DNA of 51,197 nt from Macrostomum lignano (taxonomy: Eukaryota). The stretch spans positions 39,379 through 90,575 of the forward strand of contig NIVC01003572.1 in NCBI GenBank assembly GCA_002269645.1. Direction: 5' to 3'. This document shows, piece by piece, positions 26,839 to 38,832 of this stretch. The stretch's first letter is position 1, and each line of letters opens with the position of its first letter. Made by a program: the position numbers and the translations under genes. The notes under the pieces are model-generated. The model had not been told where the DNA came from, did not search any database, and worked only from the letters and a program-made list of their open reading frames with translations.

Positions 26839-27902
26839 TTGTCAATTGGAGAACATGAATTGTGGCCCTTATAATTCAATTCTTACAGCAAGTCAATTAG
26901 AGTAGAAAGTTATGACATAATCAATTTCTCAGTCAGCCAGTATCAGTGTCAATTGAAGTTAGCAATATTGTTACGCAATTTCAATCAAGTTGTGTGTGCA
27001 TTTCTTCGGCACTGTTTTCAACTTGTTGTGATGCAATCTTTATCAGAATTGAAATTCAGTCAGTCAGGTTTTTATCTAGCATTCTTACAATGCATTTCAA
27101 GTCGAAAAATTTGCTTGACCTTTGCAAAAAAGCATGTTTTTCGAATATTTAATCCCTTTAATATTGAGCAATTTCTTAGCCAAGATGCATGTACCGTCCC
27201 AGGAAAATTTCTGATCGAATGGTGCAAGTTTGAAGAAAATCGGTTAAGCCATTTTTTCTGAAATCTATCGCATACCTACCTACCTACCCACAGACAACTC
27301 ATTTTTAGTATATAGGACTAGCTAAAGTTTTGCCCCCCTTCGGGGAGCAGAAATAATTAATATTCGTCTAATATAATATACCTTTTAGCAGGAGTACTTT
27401 AAGTGTTTTTCTTAAGCTTAAGCTTAAAATAGGAATTCTTGGAGATCGTTAATAACGCATTTTAGGTAAAACAAAACTATCAACTTTTTACAGTTTTTAG
27501 TTTAGAGCCCTGTATATGTCAACGTGTTTGATAAAAATTATTTTTATCATTTTTGATAAAAAATGGCCTTCGGGTGGCCAATAAGCAAGGGACGAATCCT
27601 TTTAAATGAAAAAAAATTCTTAGGGAGGGGGCTAGGAATCGAATTCTCATTTTAATTCCAGGCTTATGTACCAATAAAACATGTTTGTGCAGAATTTTAT
27701 AACAGACATTGAAATTCAACCATACTTGCCTTCTTTCAGAGCTACTTCTACCAGTATGCTTCAGTACGCTACCAGTACCCTTGTAAGCCTTGACATGTCA
27801 GCAATCCCCCCCCCACAAGCCTTAACATATCAACTCCCCCCTTGACATCTCAGCAATGCTCCCACAAGCCTTGAAATCTTAAAAAATCTGTCTATTTTCT
27901 AA

Positions 27903-27932
27903 CCCTAACCCTAACCCTAACCCTAACCCTAA
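27903..27932 (-). repeat. Interstitial telomeric repeat (TTAGGG)5
   Basis: (CCCTAA)5 on plus. Confidence 0.9.
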
Positions 27933-28899
27933 AGCATTGAAATTTCAGTAATTCTCTCTAAGAGTCTATAGCACTACTACAGCATTATAGCGATTCCCTG
28001 CAAGCCTCGACATCGTAGGGATTCCCAAATGAATCTCTTAACTTTGACATGAAGCTTCTTTTTTTTTACATTACGCTTTTTCTATCAGCGATCCCTCCCG
28101 TGAGGAGCCAACAAATAATGTAATAACTTTTTTCCAATAAACTACATGTAGCTTCTGACATTAGCCTTGACATCTCATTTATTCCCCCGTGAGCCTTGAC
28201 ATCTCAGCTATAGATAGATAGATAGATTCCCCTCGTAAGCCTTGACATGTCAGCGATGCCCCCCATAAACCTTGAAATCTAAAAAATCCCCTGTTAACCT
28301 TGAAACGCGCTAAAATCTAACCCTCAACCCAAACCTGACGTAAACCTAACTTTCACCCAACCTAAAGCCTTGAAATCACAGCAATTCTTCTTCCCTAAGC
28401 CTTGGCATTTAAGTGATTCCTTCTTTAAGAATCACAGCACTATAACGATTCCCTCCAAGCTTTGACATCGTAGCAATTCCCAAATGAATCTTTTAACTTT
28501 GACATGACTTTTATTTTATGTATACATAGTGCTCCTTTTATTTTTACATGACTCTTCTTCTATCAGCGCCCCCCCCACCGTGGCAAGCCAACAAAGAATG
28601 CAATAAAAAACTTAAGTAAAGTACATGTACTTTGAAGTAGCTTCTGACTTTTGCTTTAACATCTCAGAAACCCCCCTGTAATCTCAGTTATTCTCTGTGA
28701 GCCTTGACGTCTCAGTAATTCTCCCCAGCACAGCACTGTACTATAGCTTCATTTAATTTTTATATGACATTTCTTTCATGTCTGACATGACGCTTCTTTT
28801 GATTTTTACGTTACGCTTCTTTTATTCTTCCATGATGCTTCTTAATTTTTTAAATGACACACTTTCATTAGTTTTTATATGAGGCTTCTATAATTTTTT

Positions 28900-29845
28900 C
28901 ATGACGCTTCTATGCTTGTTTACATGACGCTTGTATGATTTTTACATGACGCTTCTATGATTGTTTACATGACGCTTGTATGATTGTTTACATGACGCTT
29001 CTATGATTTTTACATGACGCTTCTATGATTTTTTTACATGACGCTTCTATGATTGTTTACATGACGCTTGTATGATTGTTTACATGACGCTTGTATGATT
29101 TTAACATGACGCTTCTATGATTTTTACATGACGCTTCTATGATTTTTACATGACGCTTCTATGATTTTTACATGACGCTTCTATGATTGTTTACATGACG
29201 CTTCTATGATTGTATACATGACGCTTCTATGATTGTTTACATGACGCTTCTATGATTGTATACATGACGCTTCTATGATTGTTTACATGACGCTTTTATG
29301 ATTGTTTACATGACGCTTCTATGATTTTTACATGACGCTTCTATGATTGTTTACATGACGCTTCTATGATTGTTTACATGACGCTTCTATGATTGTTTAC
29401 ATGACGCTTCTATGATTTTAACATGACGCTTCTATGATTTTTTTACATGACGCTTCTATGATTGTTTACATGACGCTTGTATGATTGTTTACATGACGCT
29501 TGTATGATTTTAACATGACGCTTCTATGATTGTTTACATTACGCTTCTATGATTGCTTGCATGACGCTTCTATGATTTTTTATGACGCTTTTATGATTTT
29601 AACATGACGCTTCTATGATTTTTTTACATGACGCTTCTATGATTGTTTACATGACGCTTGTATGATTGTTTACATGACGCTTTTATGATTTTAACATGAC
29701 GCTTCTATGATTGTTTACATTACGCTTCTATGATTTTTACATGACGCTTCTATGATTTTTACATGACGCTTCTATGATTGTTTACATGACGCTTCTATGA
29801 TTGTTTACATGACGCTTGTATGATTGTTTACATGACGCTTCCATA
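28900..29845. repeat. 22-23 bp satellite ACATGACGCTTCTATGATT(G)TTT, ~40 copies
   Basis: Direct reading. Confidence 0.95.
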
Positions 29846-29900
29846 ATTTTTTTTGTCTTGGCGTTAAAAGGCTTTAATTAAAAAAACTCTACTCTCTAAA

Positions 29901-29960
29901 AATTCGAACCATCGTCCCTGCATTTAGCAGTTTAGTCTGTTTACCTCTAGGCTAGCTCTC
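29901..29960 (-). ncRNA. tRNA-derived Pol III cassette, copy 2
   Basis: Minus: TAGCCTAGAGG (fits TRGCNNAGNGG), ACTGCTAAATGC, TGGTTCGAATT, T7 at 29886-29880. Confidence 0.55.
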
Positions 29961-29999
29961 ATGAATTTTAGTCATTACCCCTAAATAGAAAATATTCCC

Positions 30000-30215
30000 A
30001 AGACAGCAAGCATCCCCCCAGTAGCAAGCATCCCCTAATACTCCTAGCAAGCATCCACCCAGATAGCAAGCATCTGCAGATAGCAAGCATCTTGCAGATA
30101 GCAAGCATCTTGCAGATAGCAAGCATACCCCAAATAATGTAGAAGCATCCTTCCAGATAGCAAGCATCCTGCACATAGCAAGAATCCCTAAATAGCAAGC
30201 ATCCCTGGATAGAAA
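30000..30215. repeat. Degenerate 17-18 bp GATAGCAAGCATCC minisatellite, ~11 copies
   Basis: Same family and orientation as 23530-24040. Confidence 0.9.
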
Positions 30216-30244
30216 TAATCCTATACATGTAGCCAAGCTTATCA

Positions 30245-33200
30245 AGCGCAGTAATCCTTGGCTATCGAGTGCAGTAATCCTTGGTTTATTAATAGCAATA
30301 ATCCATGGCTTATCGAGTGCAGTAATCCTTGGTTTATTAATAGCAATAATCCTTGGCTTATCGAGTGCAGTAATTCATGGTTTATTAATAGCAATAATCC
30401 TTGGCTTATCGAGTGCAGTAATCCTTGGTTTATTAATAGCAATAATCCATGCCTTATCGAGTGCAGTAATCCTTGGTTTATTAATAGCAATAATCCTTGG
30501 CTTATCGAGTGCAGTAATCCTTGGTTTGCCAAGTGCATAATCCTTGGTTTATTAATAGCAATAATCCTTGGTTTATCGAGTGCAGTAATCCTTGGTTTAT
30601 TAATAGCAATAATCCTTGGCTTATCGAGTGCAGTAATCCTTGGTTTATTAATAGCAATAATCCATGGCTTATCGAGTGCAGTAATCCTTGGTTTGCCAAG
30701 AGCAATAGTCCTTGGCTTATCGAGTGCAGTAATCCTTGGTTTGCCAAGAGCAATAGTCCTTGGTTTATTGAGTGCAGTAATCCTTGGTTTATTAATAGCA
30801 ATAGTCCTTGGTTTATTGAGTGCAGTAATCCTTGGTTTATTAATAGCAATAATCCTTGGCTTATCGAGTGCAGTAATCCTTGGTTTGCCAAGTGCATAAT
30901 CCTTGGTTTATCGAGTGCAGTAATCCTTGGTTTATTAATAGCAATAATCCTTGGCTTATCGAGTGCAGTAATCCTTGGTTTATTAATAGCAATAATCCAT
31001 GGCTTATCGAGTGCAGTAATCCTTGGTTTGCCAAGAGCAATAGTCCTTGGCTTATCGAGTGCAGTAATCCTTGGTTTGCCAAGAGCAATAGTCCTTGGTT
31101 TATTGAGTGCAGTAATCCTTGGTTTGCCAAGAGCAATAGTCCTTGGTTTATCGAGTGCAGTAATCCTTGGTTTATTAATAGCAATAATCCATGGCTTATC
31201 GAGTGCAGTAATCCTTGGTTTATTAATAGCAATAATCCATGGCTTATCGAGTGCAGTAATCCTTGGTTTGCCAAGAGCAATAGTCCTTGGCTTATCGAGT
31301 GCAGTAATCCTTGGTTTGCCAAGAGCAATAGTCCTTGGTTTATTGAGTGCAGTAATCCTTGGTTTGCCAAGAGCAATAGTCCTTGGTTTATTGAGTGCAG
31401 TAATCCTTGGTTTATTAATAGCAATAGTCCTTGGTTTATTGAGTGCAGTAATCCTTGGTTTATTAATAGCAATAATCCTTGGCTTATCGAGTGCAGTAAT
31501 CCTTGGTTTGCCAAGTGCATAATCCTTGATTTATCGAGTGCAGTAATCCTTGGTTTATTAATAGCAATAATCCTTGGCTTATCGAGTGCAGTAATCCTTG
31601 GTTTATTAATAGCAATAATCCTTGGCTTATCGAGTGCAGTAATCCTTGGTTTATTAATAGCAATAATCCATGGCTTATCGAGTGCAGTAATCCTTGGTTT
31701 GCCAAGAGCAATAGTCCTTGGCTTATCGAGTGCAGTAATCCTTGGTTTGCCAAGAGCAATAGTCCTTGGTTTATTGAGTGCAGTAATCCTTGGTTTATTA
31801 ATAGCAATAGTCCTTGGTTTATTGAGTGCAGTAATCCTTGGTTTATTAATAGCAATAATCCTTGGCTTATCGAGTGCAGTAATCCTTGGTTTGCCAAGTG
31901 CATAATCCTTGGTTTATCGAGTGCAGTAATCCTTGGTTTATTAATAGCAATAGTCCTTGGTTTATTGAGTGCAGTAATCCTTGGTTTATTAATAGCAATA
32001 ATCCATGGCTTATCGAGTGCAGTAATCCTTGGTTTGCCAAGAGCAATAGTCCTTGGCTTATCGAGTGCAGTAATCCTTGGTTTGCCAAGAGCAATAGTCC
32101 TTGGTTTATTGAGTGCAGTAATCCTTGGTTTATTAATAGCAATAATCCTTGGCTTATCGAGTGCAGTAATCCTTGGTTTATTAATAGCAATAATCCTTGG
32201 CTTATCGAGTGCAGTAATCCTTGGTTTATTAATAGCAATAATCCATGCCTTATCGAGTGCAGTAATCCTTGGTTTGCCAAGAGCAATAGTCCTTTGTTTA
32301 TTGAGTGCAGTAATCCTTGGTTTGCCAAGAGCAATAGTCCTTGGTTTATTGAGTGCAGTAATCCTTGGTTTATTAATAGCAATAGTCCTTGGTTTATTGA
32401 GTGCAGTAATCCTTGGTTTATTAATAGCAATAATCCTTGGCTTATCGAGTGCAGTAATCCTTGGTTTGCCAAGTGCATAATCCTTGGTTTATTAATAGCA
32501 ATAATCCTTGGTTTATCGAGTGCAGTAATCCTTGGTTTATTAATAGCAATAATCCTTGGCTTATCGAGTGCAGTAATCCTTGGTTTATTAATAGCAATAA
32601 TCCATGCCTTATCGAGTGCAGTAATCCTTGGTTTATTAATAGCAATAATCCTTGGCTTATCGAGTGCAGTAATCCTTGGTTTGCCAAGTGCATAATCCTT
32701 GGTTTATTAATAGCAATAATCCTTGGTTTATCGAGTGCAGTAATCCTTGGTTTATTAATAGCAATAATCCATGGCTTATCGAGTGCAGTAATCCTTGGTT
32801 TGCCAAGAGCAATAGTCCTTGGCTTATCGAGTGCAGTAATCCTTGGTTTGCCAAGAGCAATAGTCCTTGGTTTATTGAGTGCAGTAATCCTTGGTTTATT
32901 AATAGCAATAGTCCTTGGTTTATTGAGTGCAGTAATCCTTGGTTTATTAATAGCAATAATCCTTGGCTTATCGAGTGCAGTAATCCTTGGTTTGCCAAGT
33001 GCATAATCCTTGGTTTATCGAGTGCAGTAATCCTTGGTTTATTAATAGCAATAATCCTTGGCTTATCGAGTGCAGTAATCCTTGGTTTATTAATAGCAAT
33101 AATCCATGGCTTATCGAGTGCAGTAATCCTTGGTTTGCCAAGAGCAATAGTCCTTGGTTTATTGAGTGCAGTAATCCTTGGTTTATTAATAGCAATAATC

Positions 33201-34420
33201 CTTGGTTTATCGAGTGCAGTAATCCTTGGTTTATTAATAGCAATAATCCTTGGCTTATCGAGTGCAGTAATCCTTGGTTTGCCAAGTGCATAATCCTTGG
33301 TTTATTAATAGCAATAATCCTTGGCTTATCGAGTGCAGTAATCCTTGGTTTATTAATAGCAATAATCCTTGGTTTATCGAGTGCAGTAATCCTTGGTTTA
33401 TTAATAGCAATAATCCTTGCTTATCGAGTGCAGTAATCCTTGGTTTATTAATAGCAATAATCCATGCCTTATCGAGTGCAGTAATCCTTGGTTTATTAAT
33501 AGCAATAATCCTTGGCTTATCGAGTGCAGTAATCCTTGGTTTATTAATAGCAATAATCCATGGCTTATGAGTGCAGTAATCCTTGGTTTATTAATAGCAA
33601 TAATCCTTGGCTTATCGAGTGCAGTAATCCTTGGTTTATTAATAGCAATAATCCATGCCTTATCGAGTGCAGTAATCCTTGGTTTGCCAAGAGCAATAAT
33701 CCTTGGCTTATCGAGTGCAGTATTCCTTGGTTTGCCAAGTGCATAATCCTTGGTTTATTAATAGCAATAATCCTTGGTTTATCGAGTGCAGTAATCCTTA
33801 GTTTATTAATAGCAATAATCCTTGGCTTATCGAGTGCAGTAATCCTTGATTTATTAATAGCAATAATCCATGGCTTATCGAGTGCAGTAATCCTTGGTTT
33901 GCCAAGAGCAATAGTCCTTGGCTTATCGAGTGCAGTAATCCTTGGTTTGCCAAGAGCAATAGTCCTTGGTTTATTGAGTGCAGTAATCCTTGGTTTATTA
34001 ATAGCAATAATCCTTGGTTTATCGAGTGCAGTAATCCTTGGTTTATTAATAGCAATAATCCTTGGCTTATCGAGTGCAGTAATCCTTGGTTTATTAATAG
34101 CAATAATCCATGGCTTATGAGTGCAGTAATCCTTGGTTTATTAATAGCAATAATCCTTGGCTTATCGAGTGCAGTAATCCTTGGTTTATTAATAGCAATA
34201 ATCCATGGCTTATCGAGTGCAGTAATCCTTGGTTTGCCAAGAGCAATAATCCTTGGCTTATCGAGTGCAGTAATCCTTGGTTTGCCAAGAGCAATAATCC
34301 TTGGCTTATCGAGTGCAGTATTCCTTGGTTTGCCAAGAGCAATAATCCTTGGCTTATCGAGTGCAGTATTCCTTGGTTTGCCAAGAGCAATAATCCTTAG
34401 CTTATCGAGTGCAGTAATCT
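30245..34420. repeat. 24 bp monomer / 48 bp dimer satellite with higher-order blocks, ~174 monomers
   Basis: Alternating GAGTGCAGTAATCCTTGGTTT(ATT/GCC) and AA(T/G)AGCAATA(A/G)TCCTTGGCTTATC; punctuated by a 23 bp variant AAGTGCATAATCC. Confidence 0.97.
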
Positions 34421-34493
34421 AAGTGTTTTTATTTAGTCCTTTAAAATAAAAGCTTTTAATAAAAAATTTTACACTACTACTTTTAAACTACTT

Positions 34494-34553
34494 AGATTCG
34501 AACCCAGGTCGCTGCATTAGCAGTCTGGTCTGCTCAGCTCTAGGCTAGCTCTC
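34494..34553 (-). ncRNA. tRNA-Ser(GCU)-derived Pol III cassette, copy 3
   Basis: Minus: GAGAGCTAGCCTAGAGCTGAGCAGACCAGACTGCTAATGCAGCGACCTGGGTTCGAATCT; T6 at 34466-34461. Confidence 0.6.
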
Positions 34554-35318
34554 ATCGAAGTTATCAGTGAATTTGTACCACTTATATAATTCAACACTCA
34601 CACCAAGTCAGGTAGAGTAAAAAGTCATAATCAAAGCAGTTATGACATAATCAATTTCTTAGGCAAGTCAGTACCAGTGTCTATGAAAGTTAACAATATG
34701 GTTACGTAATATAAATTCAGTACTGCACTATACTTTCACCCTCAAAGCTGTGACGCAATTCAATTGAGTGTCAAATTCAGCCAGTACACAGACGATAAAT
34801 AAAGTGTATTGTGATGCAATCTATTTCAGAATCAGAATTCAACCAGTCAGTTTTTCTGCTAGCATTCTTACAGTGCGTTTCAAGTCGAAATAGCTGCTTG
34901 ACCTTTGCAAAAAAACATGTTTTTCGAATATTTAATCCCTTTAACATTGAGCAATTTCTTAGCCAATATGCATGTACCGTCCCGGGAAAATTTCTGATCG
35001 AATGGTGCAAGTTTGAAGAAAATCGGTTGAGCCGTTCGGGAGAAAATCAATTACAAGCAAGCAACCAAGCATTTCATTTTTAGTATATTAGACTAGCAAT
35101 CTACGCCCCCCGTTGGGGAGCCAAAGAAATGCTATACACGTTTTTTTAATAAGCTACATGTATCCTTGAAATCTTAAAAAATCTCCTGTCAAACCTTGTA
35201 AGCCTTGACATGTCAGTAATTCCCCCCCCCCAGCTTTAACATATCAACTTCCCCCTTGACATCTCAGCAATGCCGCCAATAAGCCTTGGAAATCTAAAAA
35301 TATCTGTCAACCTTCCAA

Positions 35319-35359
35319 CCCTAACCCTAACCCTAACCCTAACCCTAACCTAACCCTAA
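35319..35359 (-). repeat. Interstitial telomeric repeat, ~7 TTAGGG units (one imperfect)
   Basis: (CCCTAA)5 CCTAA CCCTAA on plus; homologous position to 27903. Confidence 0.9.
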
Positions 35360-36254
35360 AGCATTGAAATTTCAGTAATTCTCTCTAAGAGTCATTATAG
35401 CACTACTACAGCATTATAGCGATAAGCTTCTTTTATTTTTTACATAACGCTTTTTTATCAGCGATCCCTCGCCTGAGGAGGCATCAAATAATGTAATAAA
35501 AAGTTTTCAATATACTACATGTAGCTTCTGACTTTAGCCTTGAAATCTCATTTATGCCCCCGTGAGCCTTGACATCTCAGCTATTCCCCCCCCGTAAGCC
35601 TTGACATGTCAGCGATGGCCCCCATAAACCTTGAAATCTAAAAAATCCACTGTTAACCTTGAAACCCGATAAAATATAACCCTCAACCCACACCTGACCT
35701 AAACCTAACTTTAACCCAACCTAAAGCCTTGAAATCTCAGCAATTCTTCTCCCCTAAGCCTTGACATTTTAGTGATTCCTTCTTTAAGAATCACAGCACT
35801 ATAACGATTTCCACCAAGCTTTGACATCGTAGCAATTCCCAAATGAATCTTTTAACTTCGACATGACTTTTCTTTTATGTATACATAGTGCTACTTTTAT
35901 TTTTTACATGTCTCTTCTTTTATCAGCACCCCCCCCCATGGCGAGCCAACAAAGAATGCAATAAAAAATTGAGTAAATTACATGAACTTTGAAGTAGCTT
36001 TTGACTTTTGCTTTGAGATCCCAGAAACAACCCCCCCCCCCTCGTAATCTCAGTTATTCTCTCAGAGCCTTTACTTCTCAGTTTCTCTTCCCAGCACAGC
36101 ATTATAGCTGCATTTCATTTTTACATGACACCCTTCATGTCTGACATGACGCTTCTTTTGATTTTTACATTACACTTCTTTTATTCTTCCATGATGCTTC
36201 TTAATTTTTTAAATGACGCTTTCATTAGTTTTTAAATGAGGCTTCTTTGAATTT

Positions 36255-37170
36255 TTCATGACGCTTCTATGATTGTTTACATGACGCTTCTATGCTTTTT
36301 ACATGACACTTCTATGCTTTTTACATGACGCTTCTATGATTATTTCATGACGCTTCTATGATTGTTTACATGACGCTTCTATGATTGTTTACATGATGCT
36401 TCTACGATTTCTGCAGGACGCTTCTATGATTTTTACATGATGCTTCTATGATTTTTTCATGACGCTCCTATGATTTTTTCATGACGCTTCTATGATTGTT
36501 TCATGACGCTTCCATGATTTTTTACATGACACTTCTATGATTTATACATGACGCTTCCATGATTTTTTCATGACGCTTCTGTGATTGTTTATATGACGCT
36601 TCTATGCTTTTTATATGACGCTTCTATGATTTTTTACATGACGCTTCTATGCTTTTTACATGACGCTTCCATGATTTTTTCATGACGCTTCTGTGATTGT
36701 TTATATGACGCTTCTATGCTTTTTATATGACGCTTCTATGATTTTTTAATGACGATTCTATGATTTTTACATGACGCTTCTATGCTTTTTACATGACGCT
36801 TCTATGATTATTTCATGACGCTTCTACGATATCTGCAGGACGCTTCTATGATTGTTTACATGACGCTTCTATGAATTTTACATGACGCTTCTATGATTTT
36901 TTCATGACGCTTCTATGATTTTTTACATGACGCTTCTATGATTTTTTCATGACGCTTCTATGATTTTTTCATGACGCTTCTATGATTTTTTACATGACGC
37001 TTCTATGATTTTTTCATGACGCTTCTATGATTTTTTACATGACGCTTCTATGATTGTTTACATGACGCTTCTATGATTTTTACATGACGCTTCTATGATT
37101 TTTTACATGACGCTTCCATGATTTTTTCATGACGCTTCTATGATTTTTTACATGACGCTTCTATGATTTT
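36255..37170. repeat. 22-23 bp CATGACGCTTCTATGATT satellite, ~40 copies
   Basis: Same family as 28900-29845. Confidence 0.95.
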
Positions 37171-37222
37171 TTAGTTTTCTTGGTGTTAAAAAGCTTTAAT
37201 TAAAAAAATTCCACTCTCTAAA

Positions 37223-37281
37223 AATTCGAACCATCGTCCCTGCATTTAGCAGTCAGTCTGTTTACCTCCTGGCTAGCTCTC
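37223..37281 (-). ncRNA. tRNA-derived Pol III cassette, copy 4
   Basis: Minus: TAGCCAGGAGG, GACTGCTAAATGC, TGGTTCGAATT, T7 at 37208-37202. Confidence 0.5.
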
Positions 37282-37768
37282 ATCGTTTTGATAATATGAA
37301 TTTTAGCACTTATAATTATAAGTTTCAAAACTCTAAGCATAGAGTAAATCACACGAGGCAGTTATGACATAATCAATTTCTCAGTCAGTCAGTATCAGTT
37401 AACAATATGGTTACGCAATTTAAATCAAGTCTGGTGCTACGCTTCCACACTGCATTTTCAATTCAAGTCAGAGTTACAATTCAGTTATGATGCAATCTAT
37501 TTCAGAATCAGAATTCAACCAGTCAGTTTTTTCTCTAGCATTCTTACAATGCATTTCAAGTCGAAAAGTTTGCTTGACCTTTGCAAAAAAACATGTTTTT
37601 CGAATATTTAATCCTTTTAACATGGAGCAATTTCTTAGCCAAGATGCATGTACCGTCACGGGAAAATTTCTGATCAAACAGTGCAAGTCTCATGAAAATC
37701 GGTTAAGCCATTTTTTCTCTAATCGATTACAAGCAAGCAACCAAGCATTTCATTTTTAGTATATAGGA

Positions 37769-38215
37769 AATTATGGAAATTCACAATTCAAAGTTTTCCC
37801 AATGCCAAACAGTTCAATTTCTTTTCTGAATGCAATTTTAACGACTCTGGGTTGGTTATTAAGTGGTCGCAGCTGCGATCGCAGCGGTCAGGGTTTTCAA
37901 TAGTTTTAAAATGTAGCAGTCAGTGTTTAAGGTCTGACTCGATCTGAATATGGCAGAACTATAGCCATAAAAAAGCTAGCCGTTTAACCACTCCTAATCT
38001 GTGAGCTGAAGTTAGCTAACACTTGGCAATAGTTTGAATAACCCATATATAATAACCCATATATATGGCTAAAACAAATTTTGACCCACCAATATCGCAA
38101 CTCTACAAGGGGTATGAACAGAATTTTTCAATGCTTTTTTTCGTTGGGTCCTTGCATAATTAATTGCAGTACGACAGATCGCCCTGTATCACACACACAC
38201 ACACACACACAAACG
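37769..38215 (+). repeat. Segmental duplication, copy 2, right part
   Basis: aattatggaaattcacaattcaaagttttcccaatgcc matches 14451 onward, to about 14895. Confidence 0.92.
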
Positions 38216-38832
38216 TGCACGAGGCACTTATTGGCCAAGTGTGCAAAAGCTTGCACATATTGGGACTGCTCCGACACACGAAAAATCACACACACACACG
38301 TCCCCACACAGGCAATTTTCAACCCACCAAATCGATTTTTATTGACAACATGCTTTTGGCTTACTGAAAACAGTTGGAAAGCATTTTTCGAGGTGCATTG
38401 AACTCACAACAGATTGTACATGTATACTTGTCTAAAACAGAATTAAAAAACCCTGGTGTCTTGCTGAATTCCACTTAAGGCAATAATATCAGCGCGTCAA
38501 ATTTCACTAGATAATTTCAGCGATCATAGATTATAGAAGACAGGATGGTAAATGGCAAGGGACTTTAAGGTTATCGAAAACAAACGACATTGACACATAT
38601 CAAAAAAATTTTACGATCTGAATAAACAAAATTTGCTACATTTAGTGCCACTGGGAAAAAACAATTCTGTAGCGAAACTCCACTGTTCATAAAAATGTAC
38701 TTTATTGATTATGACACAATCACTAGAATTACTCAAAAGGTACATGTCAGCTATTCGGACCCACAGAATGCTACGTAAAAGGATGCGGAAATGAACCACA
38801 CTATAGCAGAAGCCAGCACACACTATAGTATG

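Larger units (their letters stand above)
23385..27317 (-). mobile_element. Non-autonomous Helitron-like unit 1
   Basis: Minus strand starts TCCTATATACTAAAAATG (27317); ends GATTGCTAG (23385) with CCCCC-AAC-GGGGG hairpin ~10 nt upstream; no RepHel ORF. Confidence 0.85.
27318..35092 (-). mobile_element. Non-autonomous Helitron-like unit 2, chimeric (2a 27318-~29971, 2b ~29990-35092)
   Basis: Start TCTAATATACTAAAAATG (35092); end TTTAGCTAG (27318) with CCCC-GAA-GGGG hairpin; 2a colinear with unit 3 over ~27780-29970; 2b begins with the unit-1-type cccaagacagcaagcatccccc block. Confidence 0.8.
35093..37768 (-). mobile_element. Non-autonomous Helitron-like unit 3
   Basis: Start TCCTATATACTAAAAATG (37768); end GATTGCTAG (35093) with CCCC-AAC-GGGG hairpin. 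Confidence 0.85.

Noticed and set aside
27495-27512. AGAGCCCTG resembling a hAT terminal repeat
   Set aside because: Too short, with no partner end or TSD found.
8717-34422. Long low-complexity ORFs (MHTVWDHS, SSLLS, MGYSGWD, GDACYL, IECSNPW, SAVILGL)
   Set aside because: Direct translations of minisatellites, open on both strands and several frames, not conserved between paralogs.
23385-37768. Autonomous Helitron or functional tRNA genes
   Set aside because: No RepHel ORF; the tRNA-like segments lack an acceptor stem, long variable arm and full cloverleaf.
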